This document shows positions 12,993 to 24,828 of a stretch of 64,000 nt of DNA, in pieces. The position numbers and the translations under genes are program-made. This DNA is from Podarcis melisellensis (lineage: Eukaryota), in the NCBI GenBank assembly GCA_964234715.1, contig OZ174283.1. One strand, 5' to 3'. Each line of letters starts with the position of its first letter. The stretch's first letter is position 1. The notes under the pieces are model-generated. The model had not been told where the DNA came from, ran no database searches, and saw nothing but the letters and a program-made list of their open reading frames with translations.

Positions 12993-13395
12993 TTCAGGTG
13001 GATAGCCGTGTTGATCTTTTATAGTCATAATAAATAACAAGATGAAAGATGAAAAAATCATCTTCAGATACTCTGAAGCAGAGGTCGCTTCAACCTTATA
13101 ACTGTTGATGACTGTTATGGCAGTTGGTTCCATAGGGAAGGGCAAGGGGTTTTTAAAGGGATAGATGACCAAAATTAGCTTTAGTATGTATAAAGGGACA
13201 TGAATCCAGTATCCCTATTAAGACCATGTCTCTCCATAGTTTTTAGTTTGGTAATTAGTATCTGATGAAGTGTGTATTACACATGAAAGCTCATACCTTG
13301 AAAGCTTATATTTAGTCGATCTTAAAGGTGCCACTGGAATCATTAAAAAAATTATTTTCCATCTTTCATCTTGTTATTTATTATCACATGCTATA
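12993..13395 (-). mobile_element. Neptune-like Penelope retroelement remnant with inverted pseudo-LTR
   Basis: Minus strand 13258-13181 encodes LITKLKTMERHGLNRDTGFMSLYTY* (Penelope GIY-YIG C-terminal GLNRD motif). Tail AACACGGCTATCCACCTGA at ~12994-13012. Plus-strand pLTR 13258-13390. ~30-bp inverted repeat at 13027-13057 / 13355-13384. Confidence 0.75.
13258..13296 (+). ncRNA. Minimal type I hammerhead ribozyme motif (Neptune-like pLTR)
   Basis: GUAU-CUGAUGA-A-GUGUGU-AUU-ACACAU-GAAA-GC-UC^AUAC: helix I GUAU/AUAC, 6-bp helix II, palindromic AGCU in place of helix III. Confidence 0.7.
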
Positions 13396-14366
13396 AGGCA
13401 TACTTTTAGAAAGATGTTCATGGCAGGTGGCCTTCATCTTGGTGAATCATGTTTGAATATGCTGCTTCATTAGCTTTAAGTGTTTTACTAAATTTTGATT
13501 TTCTTTTGCAAGCTGTCCTGGGAATTGGTTTTGAAGGGCAGGGTAAAGAGAAAACAATTTGCACTGGCTTGTTCTGTAACAGGGATGGGGAAATTCCAGC
13601 ATACAGGCCAGCTTTGGCCTTTCCTGAAGAAAGCAGGACTGAACTCCCCAGGCATCAATTGATACAAACCATTTCCTAGTAATTGAAACCCCTGCTAAAA
13701 TGGGGGACACACTCAATTTTAGCTGTGGTTTCAGTGGAAATCACTCCTGGAGCAAGGATGGACAACTGAATAAAACAGGAAAGCCAAATCTGCTTTCTGA
13801 TTGGTGATGGGGGCAGATGCACCTTGCTGTTTGCCCAGTGCTTGGAAGTCCAGATATCAGAACTTCAAAGTGCCAAATCATCTGACAACATTGTGACATC
13901 AGGTGATCCGACAGGTGGGGCTGCCCACATGCCAAATTTCCCCCCTTGATGTCAATCCTGAAACAGATCTGCCCCACAGAACCAAAACAATTCCCTACTG
14001 CTCCTCTAGAATAACCATGGATGCAATTAGTTTCTTTTCCTACACAAGACCCATATACAAAATTAATCAGAATCTTTGTCTTAAGAACATTGAGTAAATG
14101 TAAAAGATGAAAGATGTTCAAAACAAACATTTATTTATAAAAGAACCAATTCAGCTATAGGTCCTGGGGGAAGCCACTTCCTAATTGTTAAAAGCTTACA
14201 TTACCACAGTGTGTTATGGGTGGCACTGTATTAATGGTAAGCTGATTCCCTGCATGAATGCAGAGGTTTCCAAGTGGGAGGCAACCAAACCATATCACCT
14301 TAATTTACTGGTATCAATTGGTGAAAGATGAAAGAAGAGCTGTACAGATTGCAAGCATTTATTTAC

Positions 14367-14579
14367 CTGTGGTGCAAGTAATGGCAGCCTGATGTATGCC
14401 AGGAGGTTGCTGAGATCCATCTTTCTTTGTTCCAAATCATGTCTCACCCATGTAAGCAATGCATTGAGGATGGTCTCTTCATTTGGAATATTCATATCAT
14501 CACTTGCTAAAAGCTTTGCAATTTCAGTGGCTGGTAACAATAAAAATTCTTGGTTTCTAATTACTTCCATGAAATGATC
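14367..14579 (-). CDS. KLHL5: KLHL5 coding exon 5 ([12 protein letters not shown]...IRLPLLAPQ), BACK domain, 213 nt
   Basis: TGTAG| acceptor, CAG|GTAAAT donor, phase 0-0. Confidence 0.97.
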
Positions 14580-16741
14580 CTACAAAGTTTAACAAACAAA
14601 ACATCTCGATATTAATGGGGAGACAGACCTTGTAAGGTATAGCTGCAGGTGGATATGTATGCTGGAAAATAAGAACTGCTTGTTATGTAACTTCCCACTC
14701 CAGTTTTACCAAGAAGTTTTACCTCTTTTCAGTCTCAGTCCCTTGTGGCAGGAAACTGCTGCCACCATGGCTCTGGAGTTAGTGCTGGTAGGTATGGCAT
14801 TACAGTTGTGGGCCAGACAACAAGCTTACAACCCCAGCTTAAATTTGCAAATACCTGTGTGCCTTGAAGAAAGGCAGAAGGGGAGAAGTCCAGGTCAGGA
14901 TGCACATAACAGCAACTCCTAAAGAGTTGCTTAAGAAAAGTTGGGGTAGCCTCCCCTTTCCCTGGAGGTACTTAAGGGCTCTGTGTCCTTGAAGGAAACA
15001 GAAGCAAGAAGACGTAGGCCAGCAATCTCATGCTCTCAGCTCCTGAGAGAACCCTATTCTTTATTTTGTAACATATGTAGCATTTATGTATATTTAAAAC
15101 TGTCAACTGCCTTGGGTGGCATGGGAGAAAGGAAGTATATAAAGAAAGCAAACAGAGGAAGCTTCATTCAGCACTCAAAAGCTACCCAGATAAATTATTT
15201 GTCTGCAGAAAGTAGCACAAGCTACATGCTCCTTTGTGAATGTTTTTAATGTTGTACAGGGATTTGCATTTTCTTCCCTGAATCGGTGTGTTTAAGGCTT
15301 GTGGAAAATTTGGAATTTTTGGCAAGAAGAAAGATAAATGAAGGCACTATGTTTTATGGAGCAGGTCCAGAGAACGAGCATTCCCTCTGACTGATAACCT
15401 TGGGGCATTATAACAACAATCTTCTTGGGACGTGGGTAGCCAGGACCAACATACATACTGCCCAGGCTTGTGCCACGGGTGCTGCTAACACAGCAGTTTG
15501 GTGCTGCTAACACAGCAGTTGGACTTCACCCCTGGAGGCACACTCCATTGTCTCTTGAGACAGACAGATGCCCACTATTCTAGGGTTAATAGTAATAGTC
15601 TGCATCATACCACACACTTGGAAATCTTATTCAGTCATTACTTAAGAGTTTTAAGAGTCATCAGATATGGCCCATGTATTTTCTTTTCACATCTTTAATT
15701 TTTATTTGGTGTTTTCAACATTACATCAAATAATGAAAGATACATTTAATACATAGAACAAAACAGAAAACGAAAGATAGGAGAAAGAGTAAAGAACAAA
15801 TTTTTTAACTGGGGACAAATCTCCCATAGTATATATAGGGTTCACAAACTGACATAAAGAGAAGCTAAACTATATTATTATTAATCATTTATAAACTGCA
15901 GTGCACAGATTAAAAATACAAGACAGTCCTTACCCAAAGGCTTACAACAGAAATGACAGAACAGAAAAGGATCAGATAGCAGGTTATGTGAATGGTGAAA
16001 AATCTTTTCTATCTGAAACCTCAGAAAGCCTTTGCCAGTCAGAGTAGATGGCTACTTGGGCAAATAGACTTGATATAGGGCAGCTTCCTATGCCTCAGGT
16101 CTGTCTGTATAAAATCACAATGTCACTGGAGATTGGGATCTTCTTTCCATTGCACTGCTATTTCTATCCTAGCTGCTGTCACTGGATGGGAGGTAAGGCC
16201 CTTGTGTGGTACTGCTTCCTTGCGCTCAAATCAAACACACAGAGAGAAATTAAAATTCATGAACAAATCAACAACACAGAGTCAAAACATTTCTATTACA
16301 ATTTGCACGTAACCATCAAAAGCCTGGCAAAATAAATACATTTTGAGTAGATTCCTATTGCCACCAATGTGGGGAGAAATTAGATCTTGAGCAGGAGGCA
16401 GTCTCATAGATGGGGTGTTGTCAGAAGAAAGGCCATGGCTTTTGTCCACTAATGACAGAACTAGTAGGACCACATGTGTAGAACTTAAAGCATGGGTCAG
16501 AAGGTATCCATGAAGACAGTCCTCAAATACTTGTGCCAGGATGCATCATAAATCACTGACCTCACAAACAAACAATTAAAAGTCTGTCACTGAAATCCTG
16601 GATACTTGGAGAAGACCACAATGTGGATGAAAGCTCTAGACTCTTAACCATCTGCCCAACATTTATTTATTATTCTCACATTTATACCTCACCTTTACCT
16701 CTATCATGGAACCCATGGTGCCATGCATGTAGTGCACCTAT

Positions 16742-16830
16742 CCTCAAACTGGCCAGATCCAGATCTGCTAAGCTAAGGCAGACCATAACCCTGATCTGCC
16801 TGAAGACAAGCAGGGAATATGCTGAGCTTC
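16742..16830 (+). mobile_element. Possible degenerate 5S rRNA-derived fragment
   Basis: CCAGATCCAGATCTGCTAAGCTAAGGCAG...AGAC...GGGAATA resembles the 5S A-box/C-box region; highly diverged. Confidence 0.3.
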
Positions 16831-17959
16831 GAAGCAAATGAGAGGTACTAGGATTAGGTTTTGCAGATCAGCTCCTACACCCTAGTACTTAGTGAGTGCA
16901 CTTGGTTTGAATGAATTCATGCCTCCCATTTACTGTCACCAATTTCCCTCTTGCAATGCAATCTTTGCATATTTACTTAGAAGTTAATTCCTATTATGTT
17001 CAATGGGGTTACTCCCTAGCAAGTGAGTATAGATAGATGACTTCAGCCCAAGCTCCATTTGCCAACACACTTGCAGAAAATTTGCAAAAACATTGCAAGT
17101 AGAATCAACTATCTCATATACTTCAAGCTCCTATTGGCCACCATAAGGGCTAAAATGTGGAACACTGAATTTTGTACATCACATCACATTCTGCACTTGG
17201 GCTTCTAACAATATAATAAAGATATAAATCTTATTGCTTAAAATGAACAGTGCAATGAATAGAGTATAAAAATTGAGGAACATTATATTATTTTAATACA
17301 GGAGCAACACCCTCTTGTAAACTGAAGTGACACAGAACTGAAATCTGTCTTACTTATTTATATGTCAAGCTTTGGTACGTTCAACAAAACCATGCCAACC
17401 TTTTCAAGAAACACTAAACGTACTGTTCCATTAATGAAAGCCTATTAGTTTAGATCAGTCCTCTTGAGATTACTTGCTCGAAGATCTCATAAACCAAGAA
17501 ATACTTCAAGTGAATCTTTGGCAGGCCTGCACACAGTTGTTTTCGTTTAAAATTAGTTGTGAAGTTGCATTATTGAACAACTCCTAGTTTCATATAAAAG
17601 CCTTACAAAAGATCTTTTTATAAGACTGGATGCTTTAACTGCATATATATACATCCTACATGGAGTAAACAGCTGCTTAGATAAGGCTACATATGAACAG
17701 GGCCAACTGGAATGCCAAAACAGGTTTAAATGGAACTATAAATATTTCACATTTATTATACATTAATATTTTTTAAGCCTTCATAAGAAGCAAAACAGTG
17801 TGGAGATGCAACAGAAAGCGGCTCGGGGGGGGGGGGACTCCTGCTCACCCCCTTGGCTGTTGGCCTGTGGGGTTCCAGGGTTTTTTTGTTTGTCCGCCAT
17901 GCTGCGATGTCATAAAGATGTTTGGAATCTGTGCCACCAATGGGTGGATGACACTCATC

Positions 17960-18016
17960 TCTCCCTCCCTCCCTCCCTCCCTCCCTCCCTCCCTCCCTCC
18001 CTCCCTCCCTCCCTCC
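17960..18016. repeat. (CCCT)n microsatellite
   Basis: Direct observation. Confidence 0.95.
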
Positions 18017-18027
18017 TTTCCATCACA

Positions 18028-18200
18028 TTCCAGGGAAGCTGTGGAAGTGCTGAACCAGTGTATGAAGTTGGTAATAGATTGAATGATAGCAAGAAAACTA
18101 CAACTTAATCCAGACAAGACAACATGCTCTTGGTTAATAGAATAGGAGATCTAGAAATAGGAGTTCAACCTGTGCTGCATGGGGTAACCTTTCTCTGAAA
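18028..18200 (+). mobile_element. Degenerate L2 RT fragment
   Basis: Remnant EAVEVLNQC...KLQLNPDKT, typical of the end of L2/CR1-clade RT. Confidence 0.55.
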
Positions 18201-19334
18201 ACACAGCTTTGTACTGTTTGTATTGAGTTGTATTTTACTAATTACCCTCCTTAAAGGACACTGAGGAAAGGCAGAGTGTAAATATTTTAAATAAACAAAT
18301 GAAGCAAGCATGCACAAATGCTCCCTACTTTGCCTTTTCTGCTATTTACCACCCTGTGAAACACAATGCACAATAAACTGCTTTTAATAAGGTACAGTGT
18401 TTTAGCATTGGTATAGGTACATTGCACACTTATTATAATACTTTTAAAAATAAACATAAAATGGTTGCTGTTTTTACTGCCAACATTTCCTTGCTTTAAA
18501 GCAGTTTTTAAGCAAATGAAATTAGTAGGGGGTTTATTCTACATGAACATTCAATTGAACTACAGATTTCTATTCTGTTTCCATGGCAACATTCGTTTCA
18601 AACCATTATTACTAAAATTGAATTTCACGTCTCTGTTGGAACTAAACAACATTAAAAAAGGCCCTTGGAAGGGTTCATCTAGCACAACTAATTACTCTGG
18701 AAAATAGCTTTCTAAAATCCAACTAATTTAAATTTCATTTCTGTCAAACTATTAAAGGTTATAATTGTGTCACTGTTTATTGCAGTGTCAATAGCTTCAA
18801 GGTAGCTATTTCAATGGCCACAGCTTTATAATTTGTCTCAAAAGCTTCTTAACAGAGGAGGAAATGGTGCATCAAAAGCATACAAAAGATAGAAAGGCAA
18901 ATGATCACGAACCACTGGGAAAAACAGAAAGGATATACCTTGCCTGTCTGAATTCTTGAGATGAAATCTTTAGCAAAAGTAGGAACAATTCTTTAACAGT
19001 TTGAATCTAACATTACTCTAGGGAGAATTCAGACAGATGGAAAGGATACAAACTAGTCTACTGCGGATACTGCATAGGCTCAACAGAGCACTGTCTACTC
19101 TCTCGTTCTATGCACACATGCACAGGAAGTGTAGCAGGGTCACCCCCCAAAATCAGTTCAATCTTAGTTATTTGTACGCTGAAACTGTGCCAGAGTACGT
19201 TATGCTCAAAGTGTGCTACTGGAGAACTGTCCAAACCTACTTATAATTATGTGGGCAAGTAAAGGTGAAGGATCAAGTGCAAAGTACTAGACCTGCATTG
19301 GATTACCCCAATGAAATTGACTGGCAACAGGTCA

Positions 19335-19510
19335 GGGCAGACAAAAGAAAGTACTTACTTGCATAAGATGATTGATTTATGGAATTCCCTGCCAGAAGAT
19401 GCAAGGGCGGCTGCTGGTTTCAAAAGGGATTAGAGACATTCGTGAAGAAAGGGTCTACCAATGGCAACTAGCTATTATAGCCAAATAGAATACATACTTC
19501 TGAATACCAG
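19335..19510 (+). mobile_element. Old CR1 3' fragment
   Basis: GACAAAAGAAAGTACT...ATGGAATTCCCTGCCAGAAGAT...TTCAAAAGGGATTAGA resembles the CR1 ORF2 end. Confidence 0.55.
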
Positions 19511-19721
19511 GCACCACTAAGCTCTCTTGTATAGATGCTCAGAGCATGTACTTTACACATTACAACAGGTTCACCGTATAGCTGCAAATCTGTGGAAGTA
19601 CTGAGGACCAATTTCATATTTTGCAAAAGTAACCCAACTTGAGAGCAAGATGGCAGGTGAGTGGTAGAACACAGAGATCAGTTTATCTCTGTACCACACA
19701 TCTGCCAAGTTGTTCTGAATA

Positions 19722-19960
19722 CAGTCATACCTCAAGTTAAAGAAGCTTCAGATTGGGCGTTTTCAGGTTGCGTCCCGTGGCGACCCAGAAGTAACGGAAG
19801 GGTTACTTCTGGGTTTCGCCGCTCGTGCATGCGCTCAAAATGACGTCACGCGCATGCGCATAAGCGGTGAATCGCGATCTGTGCAGATGCGGGTTGCGTT
19901 CTGCTCAGGTTGCGAACGGGGCTCCGGAACGGATCCCGTTTACAACCAGAGGTACCACTG
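19722..19960. mobile_element. Tc1/mariner MITE, family C
   Basis: TA|CAGTCATACCTC...GAGGTACCACTG|TA; CpG-rich interior with GCGCATGCGC; related to 39915-40127. Confidence 0.85.
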
Positions 19961-21178
19961 TATACTGATATAATTTATTAAATACATAACTTGCCCTTCA
20001 ACCCAAAGGAGCGCAGGGTGGAAAACACAAGAACTAGTAAAAAAATAATAATACTAAAAAAAAAAAGATAATGTATTTGAAACATTTTAAAAACAGGAAT
20101 ATCGAAAGTTTATATATCATTAAATCAGATGAAAAATATTTATTAGAATACAATCAAACCCCCATATACAAATCAGGTTGGGGGGCGGGGTTGGATTGAG
20201 CAGTGGCATTCCTCTGCTTGCTTCTGCCAGCCTCCTACCACTCCACTGGCCCAGACCTTTCCCTTCTGCCTGAAAGTGCAGGAAGGTGGAAGGCCTGCCA
20301 GCAGTATCCCTGATGACAGAAAGTCCCAAAAGAGGTCATTCTGAAGGTGGAACTGAGCTGGCCTCCAATTCACTTGATCTGAGCTGCTCTCATACCCCGC
20401 ACAGGCTCATTGTGAGACCAACTGCTGGTGCAAGGATCGTGCCTGATTTGCCTGTCCCCTTTGCCCACTTTTCCACTGCTGCTGCAATGAGCAACTCAGC
20501 TCCAGAAAGCCTCAGCGACAGCAACTGAAACTTTGGATTGCTTTGCCAGTGAGTGTGCTAAACCAATTGCATCAGAAAGGAAAATACCAGATGAAAGTGG
20601 AACAGAAAATACCAAACGACTGACCCATCCCAAGTGTGTGTGTATATAGGAGTGCTCTTTCTAAGTGCTAAAAGCACTTCAGGTATCATCACCACAAATA
20701 TCATTATCCCAGCAATCATCAGTCCCCTAGGGTAGGCAAATTTCTTTTTCATGTCAGACATGGAGCAGCTTGCCCAAAGCAAATCAGTTAACAGCAGAGA
20801 TTACGTGAACTGGGAGTTTCCAGCTCACTATATTATCCATAAGCCATGCCAGCTATTCAGGGGACTGTTATTCTCTTCCTTAGATCCCTATAAAATAAAA
20901 TAAATCCAGAGGGCAGAATTCAATGGGTCCTACCAATGGAAGCCCTGCACAAGAGTTTCTGCTTGAGCAGTGGGACTTTCTGTCCCTTTCCTCCCCCTGC
21001 AACCACTGAAATTGGTTTCTGTGAGTCAGAGAACTTGCAGAAGAGTGGGGGGGGGGAGAGGGGGGAATCCTTCGGTCTGGCAAGTCAAAATGCTTGCTCT
21101 AACAGAATGATCACCTTAACACAATGTTGAATTCCTTCCTTAATAAACAGACAGTAGATGCACATATAAACAACTTAC

Positions 21179-21375
21179 CATGGTGTAATTGTGGGCTACT
21201 TTGTGCAAATCCGTGCAACCCTGTGCATCCGCAAAGGACCGGATTCCAAGGCAATTTGATGGATGAAGCTGCTTCATTAAAAATTTACAGCAAGCTTCTA
21301 CAACCTGAGAGAGCTGAAGAATACATGCTGTAGATAACAGGCACTCAATATTATCTTCTTTTAATTCAAGGCGAC
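21179..21375 (-). CDS. KLHL5: KLHL5 coding exon 4 ([65 protein letters not shown]), 197 nt
   Basis: Translated by hand (absent from the ORF track); TCTAG| acceptor, ATG|GTAAG donor, phase 1-0. Confidence 0.96.
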
Positions 21376-22233
21376 CTAGAAGAGTCAGAAAGAAGTTTAA
21401 GGTATTTAGGAAATAATAATATTACAAGAGCAACGCTGCTAGATCAGACCAATCCAAGGGAGGGGAGAGAAAGCTCTGGAGTGGACCCAGACTAAGTTAG
21501 TGGAACTTGGGTCCCAATTAAATCAATGGGAAAAGTAAGTCATGACCAGTTATATTGATTTCAATGGGAATTTAGCGGAAGTGCAAATTAGTTAGTCTGC
21601 AACCCATCCAACCCATTCTATCCACACCATTCAAAATTTAACAAACCTCTATTTATTATGTCCTCCTAAGTCATATTTTTTCTAAATGAAGAAACCCCAA
21701 ATGAACTAGTCTTTTCTCATAAGCTAGACTCCTAGCCTCCAGCAAGGACAACTTTGTGTTCATGAGGTTGGAGGTGCATAGAGGGAAGAAGCTGTGTTGC
21801 CATTTTAGCTGCCTGGTTTCCAGTTACAGGTCGGAGCTGTGTCCCTGGCTGGTACAGGGATGAGACTAGCTCCGACAGGCCAAAAGGAGACCTTTTCACT
21901 CAAATCCTTTCCTGGGCCATAAAAAGGAGTTTTTGCAGTCTTCCCTATTTATATATTTACTTATACTTTCACACTGCTAATAACTGAAGTTATCAGCATG
22001 GTTAACAATAAACACCAATAACGCAAAACAGAATAAACATGTACCCCACAGTTACCAGGTTATTGGTAAGAGGAAATAAATGAGACAGTACAGATTTGGG
22101 GGAACCACTGTATCAGGAGTTGGGTTTTGTTGATATTTGAGTAAACAGCCCCTTCCCTTCACAGCAGGTGAGAAAGATAATAAAATAAACAAATGTACAT
22201 ACATTAGACAGCTTTACCAGCCACTGTCATTAC

Positions 22234-22370
22234 CTGTATATGCATATTGCACCAAAGCCCATAGTGCATTTGGCTCAACACCTTCCATTTTGATTTCTTC
22301 TTGTCTTGCCTCTCTTACATCATTAGTAAACATGGCGGCAAAGTAGTCCGAGACAGAAGACAACACTAAT
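22234..22370 (-). CDS. KLHL5: KLHL5 coding exon 3 ([14 protein letters not shown]...QYAYTG), BTB, 137 nt
   Basis: TTACAG| acceptor, G|GTAATG donor, phase 2-1. Confidence 0.97.
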
Positions 22371-22733
22371 CTGTAACCATATGAAACAAAAGAAGTGAAA
22401 ATGACATTCACATTAATGGCTTCATTATTCACCACCTTGAAAGAAGAATATTTCTGAAAACATTTTGAACTTGACAAACTATGATATCATCTACTTCTCA
22501 ATATGTTTCTTACCCTACCTCTTTGGTGCTTTACAACTTCACTGCCCAATAAAAAAATACCACTTAAAGCTAATCTGAATTTTGAGACAAAAATAAGAAC
22601 TTTTGGGCGGAAATGCAGTTCAATGGGTTCTAGGACTGGGCAATATATAATCCAAAACCAGTTTGAAGTTCACATCATGGTAACTGTTTCATAATATTTG
22701 AGCTGGCAATATATCGCGAATTACAATGAGTAT

Positions 22734-24167
22734 AAGGGCTAGGCAACATCTGGTTTTCAACACTGCAATAACTCACCAGCTAAACATTGTGATAACTCAT
22801 CAGCTAAAAACTGCAATGTTATCAGCGGCTAAACCTCACAATATCACCAGCTAAACCTTGCAGTGTTATCACCAGCAACGGTGCAATGTTATCACCTACA
22901 ATATCACCAGCTAAACACTGCAACCTACCACAATGTCAGAAATAAGGATGGAACTATACAGAGGCGAAATGTCCTGGCAACTGCTAGTACTTAGGGGACT
23001 AAAACAGATAAATGACAATATTATCAATCATCACAAACAGTTTCATCAGCAGGCAAGCCAAAATGCAACCCAATAGGACTTTTGGTTTTGGGCTTGGCTA
23101 CCAAATGGTGGTATTCAGGACAATCCAAAGTACAGCGATGAGACATAGTAAATACAAATAATCTGGGACTGCAAGGCCTCAGGGCAGTGACAGGGAATGA
23201 TAGCAGCAACAGCGGACTGCAAGGCCTCGCGGCAGCAATGCAAAATCACAGCAAAAGCAGTGGTGGCCTGCAGGGACTTGCAGCAGAGGCCTGCAGAGAC
23301 TCGTGACTGTGACTGGAGGTGACAGCAGTAGCGGCATCCTGCGAGGCCTTACGACGAAAACGAGAGATAGCAGCAATAGTAGTGGCAGCCTGCGAGGCCT
23401 CGTGGCGACACAAGCAGTGGGGCTTGCGAGGCCTCACCGTGGTGGCAAGAAGTGGCGGCAGCCTGCAAGTCCTCCTGGCAGCAGTGGGAGGCAGTGGCAG
23501 AAGCTGTGGCAGCCTGCCTCAGCAAGGCCTTGCAGGTCACCTCTGCTTCTGCCACCGTCTCCTGCCGCCACCACAAGGCCTCACAGGCCGCCGCTACTGC
23601 CACAGCCATGACAAGGCCTTGCAGGCCATTGCTGCTTTTGCCACTGCCGCAAGGCCTTGCAAGACCACCACCACTACTGCTGCCACCACGGCAAGACCTT
23701 GCAGGCTGCCGCCACTTCTGCCAACCCTGCCCACTGCCATGGTGAGGCTTAACAGGCTGCTGATTATTGTGCCACTACTGCCAGGCTGCCACTGCTTCTA
23801 ACCCCCCCCCCAACAACGTTGATTCTGCCGCTGCTAGGCTGTTGCTGCTGCTGCCTAGTAGGCCTGCTGGCAGTCCCAGATTATTTGTATTCAATCATCA
23901 CCGTACTTTGGATTGCCCTGAATATCACCATTTGGTAGCCAAGCCCAAAACCAAAAGTCCCATTTGGATGCATTTTGGCTTGCCTGCTGCTGAAAGTGAC
24001 CATGAGGTGATTGATAATATAATCATTTATCAGTTTTAGACCCTTATGTAGTAGCAGTAGCAGTTCACCTCTGCGTAGTTCCTTCCTTATTTCAGATATC
24101 ATGAAATTTCGTGATGTTTACCTGGTGATATATCATGATGTTGAAAACCAGTTATCGCCCAGCCCTA
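22734..24167. mobile_element. Fold-back non-autonomous hAT element
   Basis: TIR-like AGGGCTAGGCAA..CTGGTTTTCAACA / TGTTGAAAACCAG..TCGCCCAGCCCTA; subterminal ATCACCAGCTAAAC repeats; two inverted copies of a BED-finger-like N-terminal fragment; central GC-rich minisatellite. Confidence 0.75.
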
Positions 24168-24645
24168 ATGGGTGAAAACATCTACTTCCTAGTAGTAATA
24201 ATAGACAACCAAATGGTATGGGGAAGTTCATGAATGAAAAATAAACAAAAGGCTAGCAACAATTCAATAAATAAAATTTGCCATGTAGATCACATTTGCC
24301 ATTATAAGCAGATGTGTTTACAAACAAGTGCTTTGTTATGGCTTTTAGCTAAATAAATAAAATTATTACCTTACCTACAGACAAATATGCACCAGCAGCT
24401 CCTTTTTCACAAGCAGTGAAATATTTATGTAAAAACTACCCATGTGCTTAGTTTTTCTATGATTTTCAAATTACTGCAAATATTTCTTTTGGACAAGACT
24501 TTTGCATTGACAGTTGTTAGAAAAAAATATTTTTGGTTCAAATCACCACATGAACATATTGCAAGTGGACTAGTTATGGAACTTTTTCAAACAGTCAATT
24601 TGGGAAGTTTGTTATAACTTAAGAAAAGTCTAATTGCATATTTAC

Positions 24646-24828
24646 CTGTGTGCTGGAATCCGACGGTCACCAGCAACTAATACTACATCACATAACTGTT
24701 TGTGTCTCAGGTAGTTTTCCATCTTTTTAAAGGTTTGCTCTGCATGGTTAAGAGCCTGGAAAAATTCATCGGATGTACAAGGCTCCATCGTATGGCACGA
24801 TGACAGAGTCTGGCTGCTACTAGAAGTC
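24646..24828 (-). CDS. KLHL5: KLHL5 coding exon 2 (TSSSSQTLSSCHTMEPCTSDEFF...LCDVVLVAGDRRIPAHR), start of BTB, 183 nt
   Basis: TTCCAG| acceptor, AG|GTAAA donor, phase 2-2; BTB motif LCDV.L...IPAHR. Confidence 0.97.

Noticed and set aside
21730-21880. H/ACA snoRNA (two hairpins plus ACA)
   Set aside because: No ANANNA H box, the ACA overlaps the stem, and it is antisense to the host gene.
23179-23801. Ala/Cys/Pro-rich ORFs; CRISPR-like array
   Set aside because: A GC-rich minisatellite inside a transposon in a vertebrate genome; no unique spacers or cas genes.
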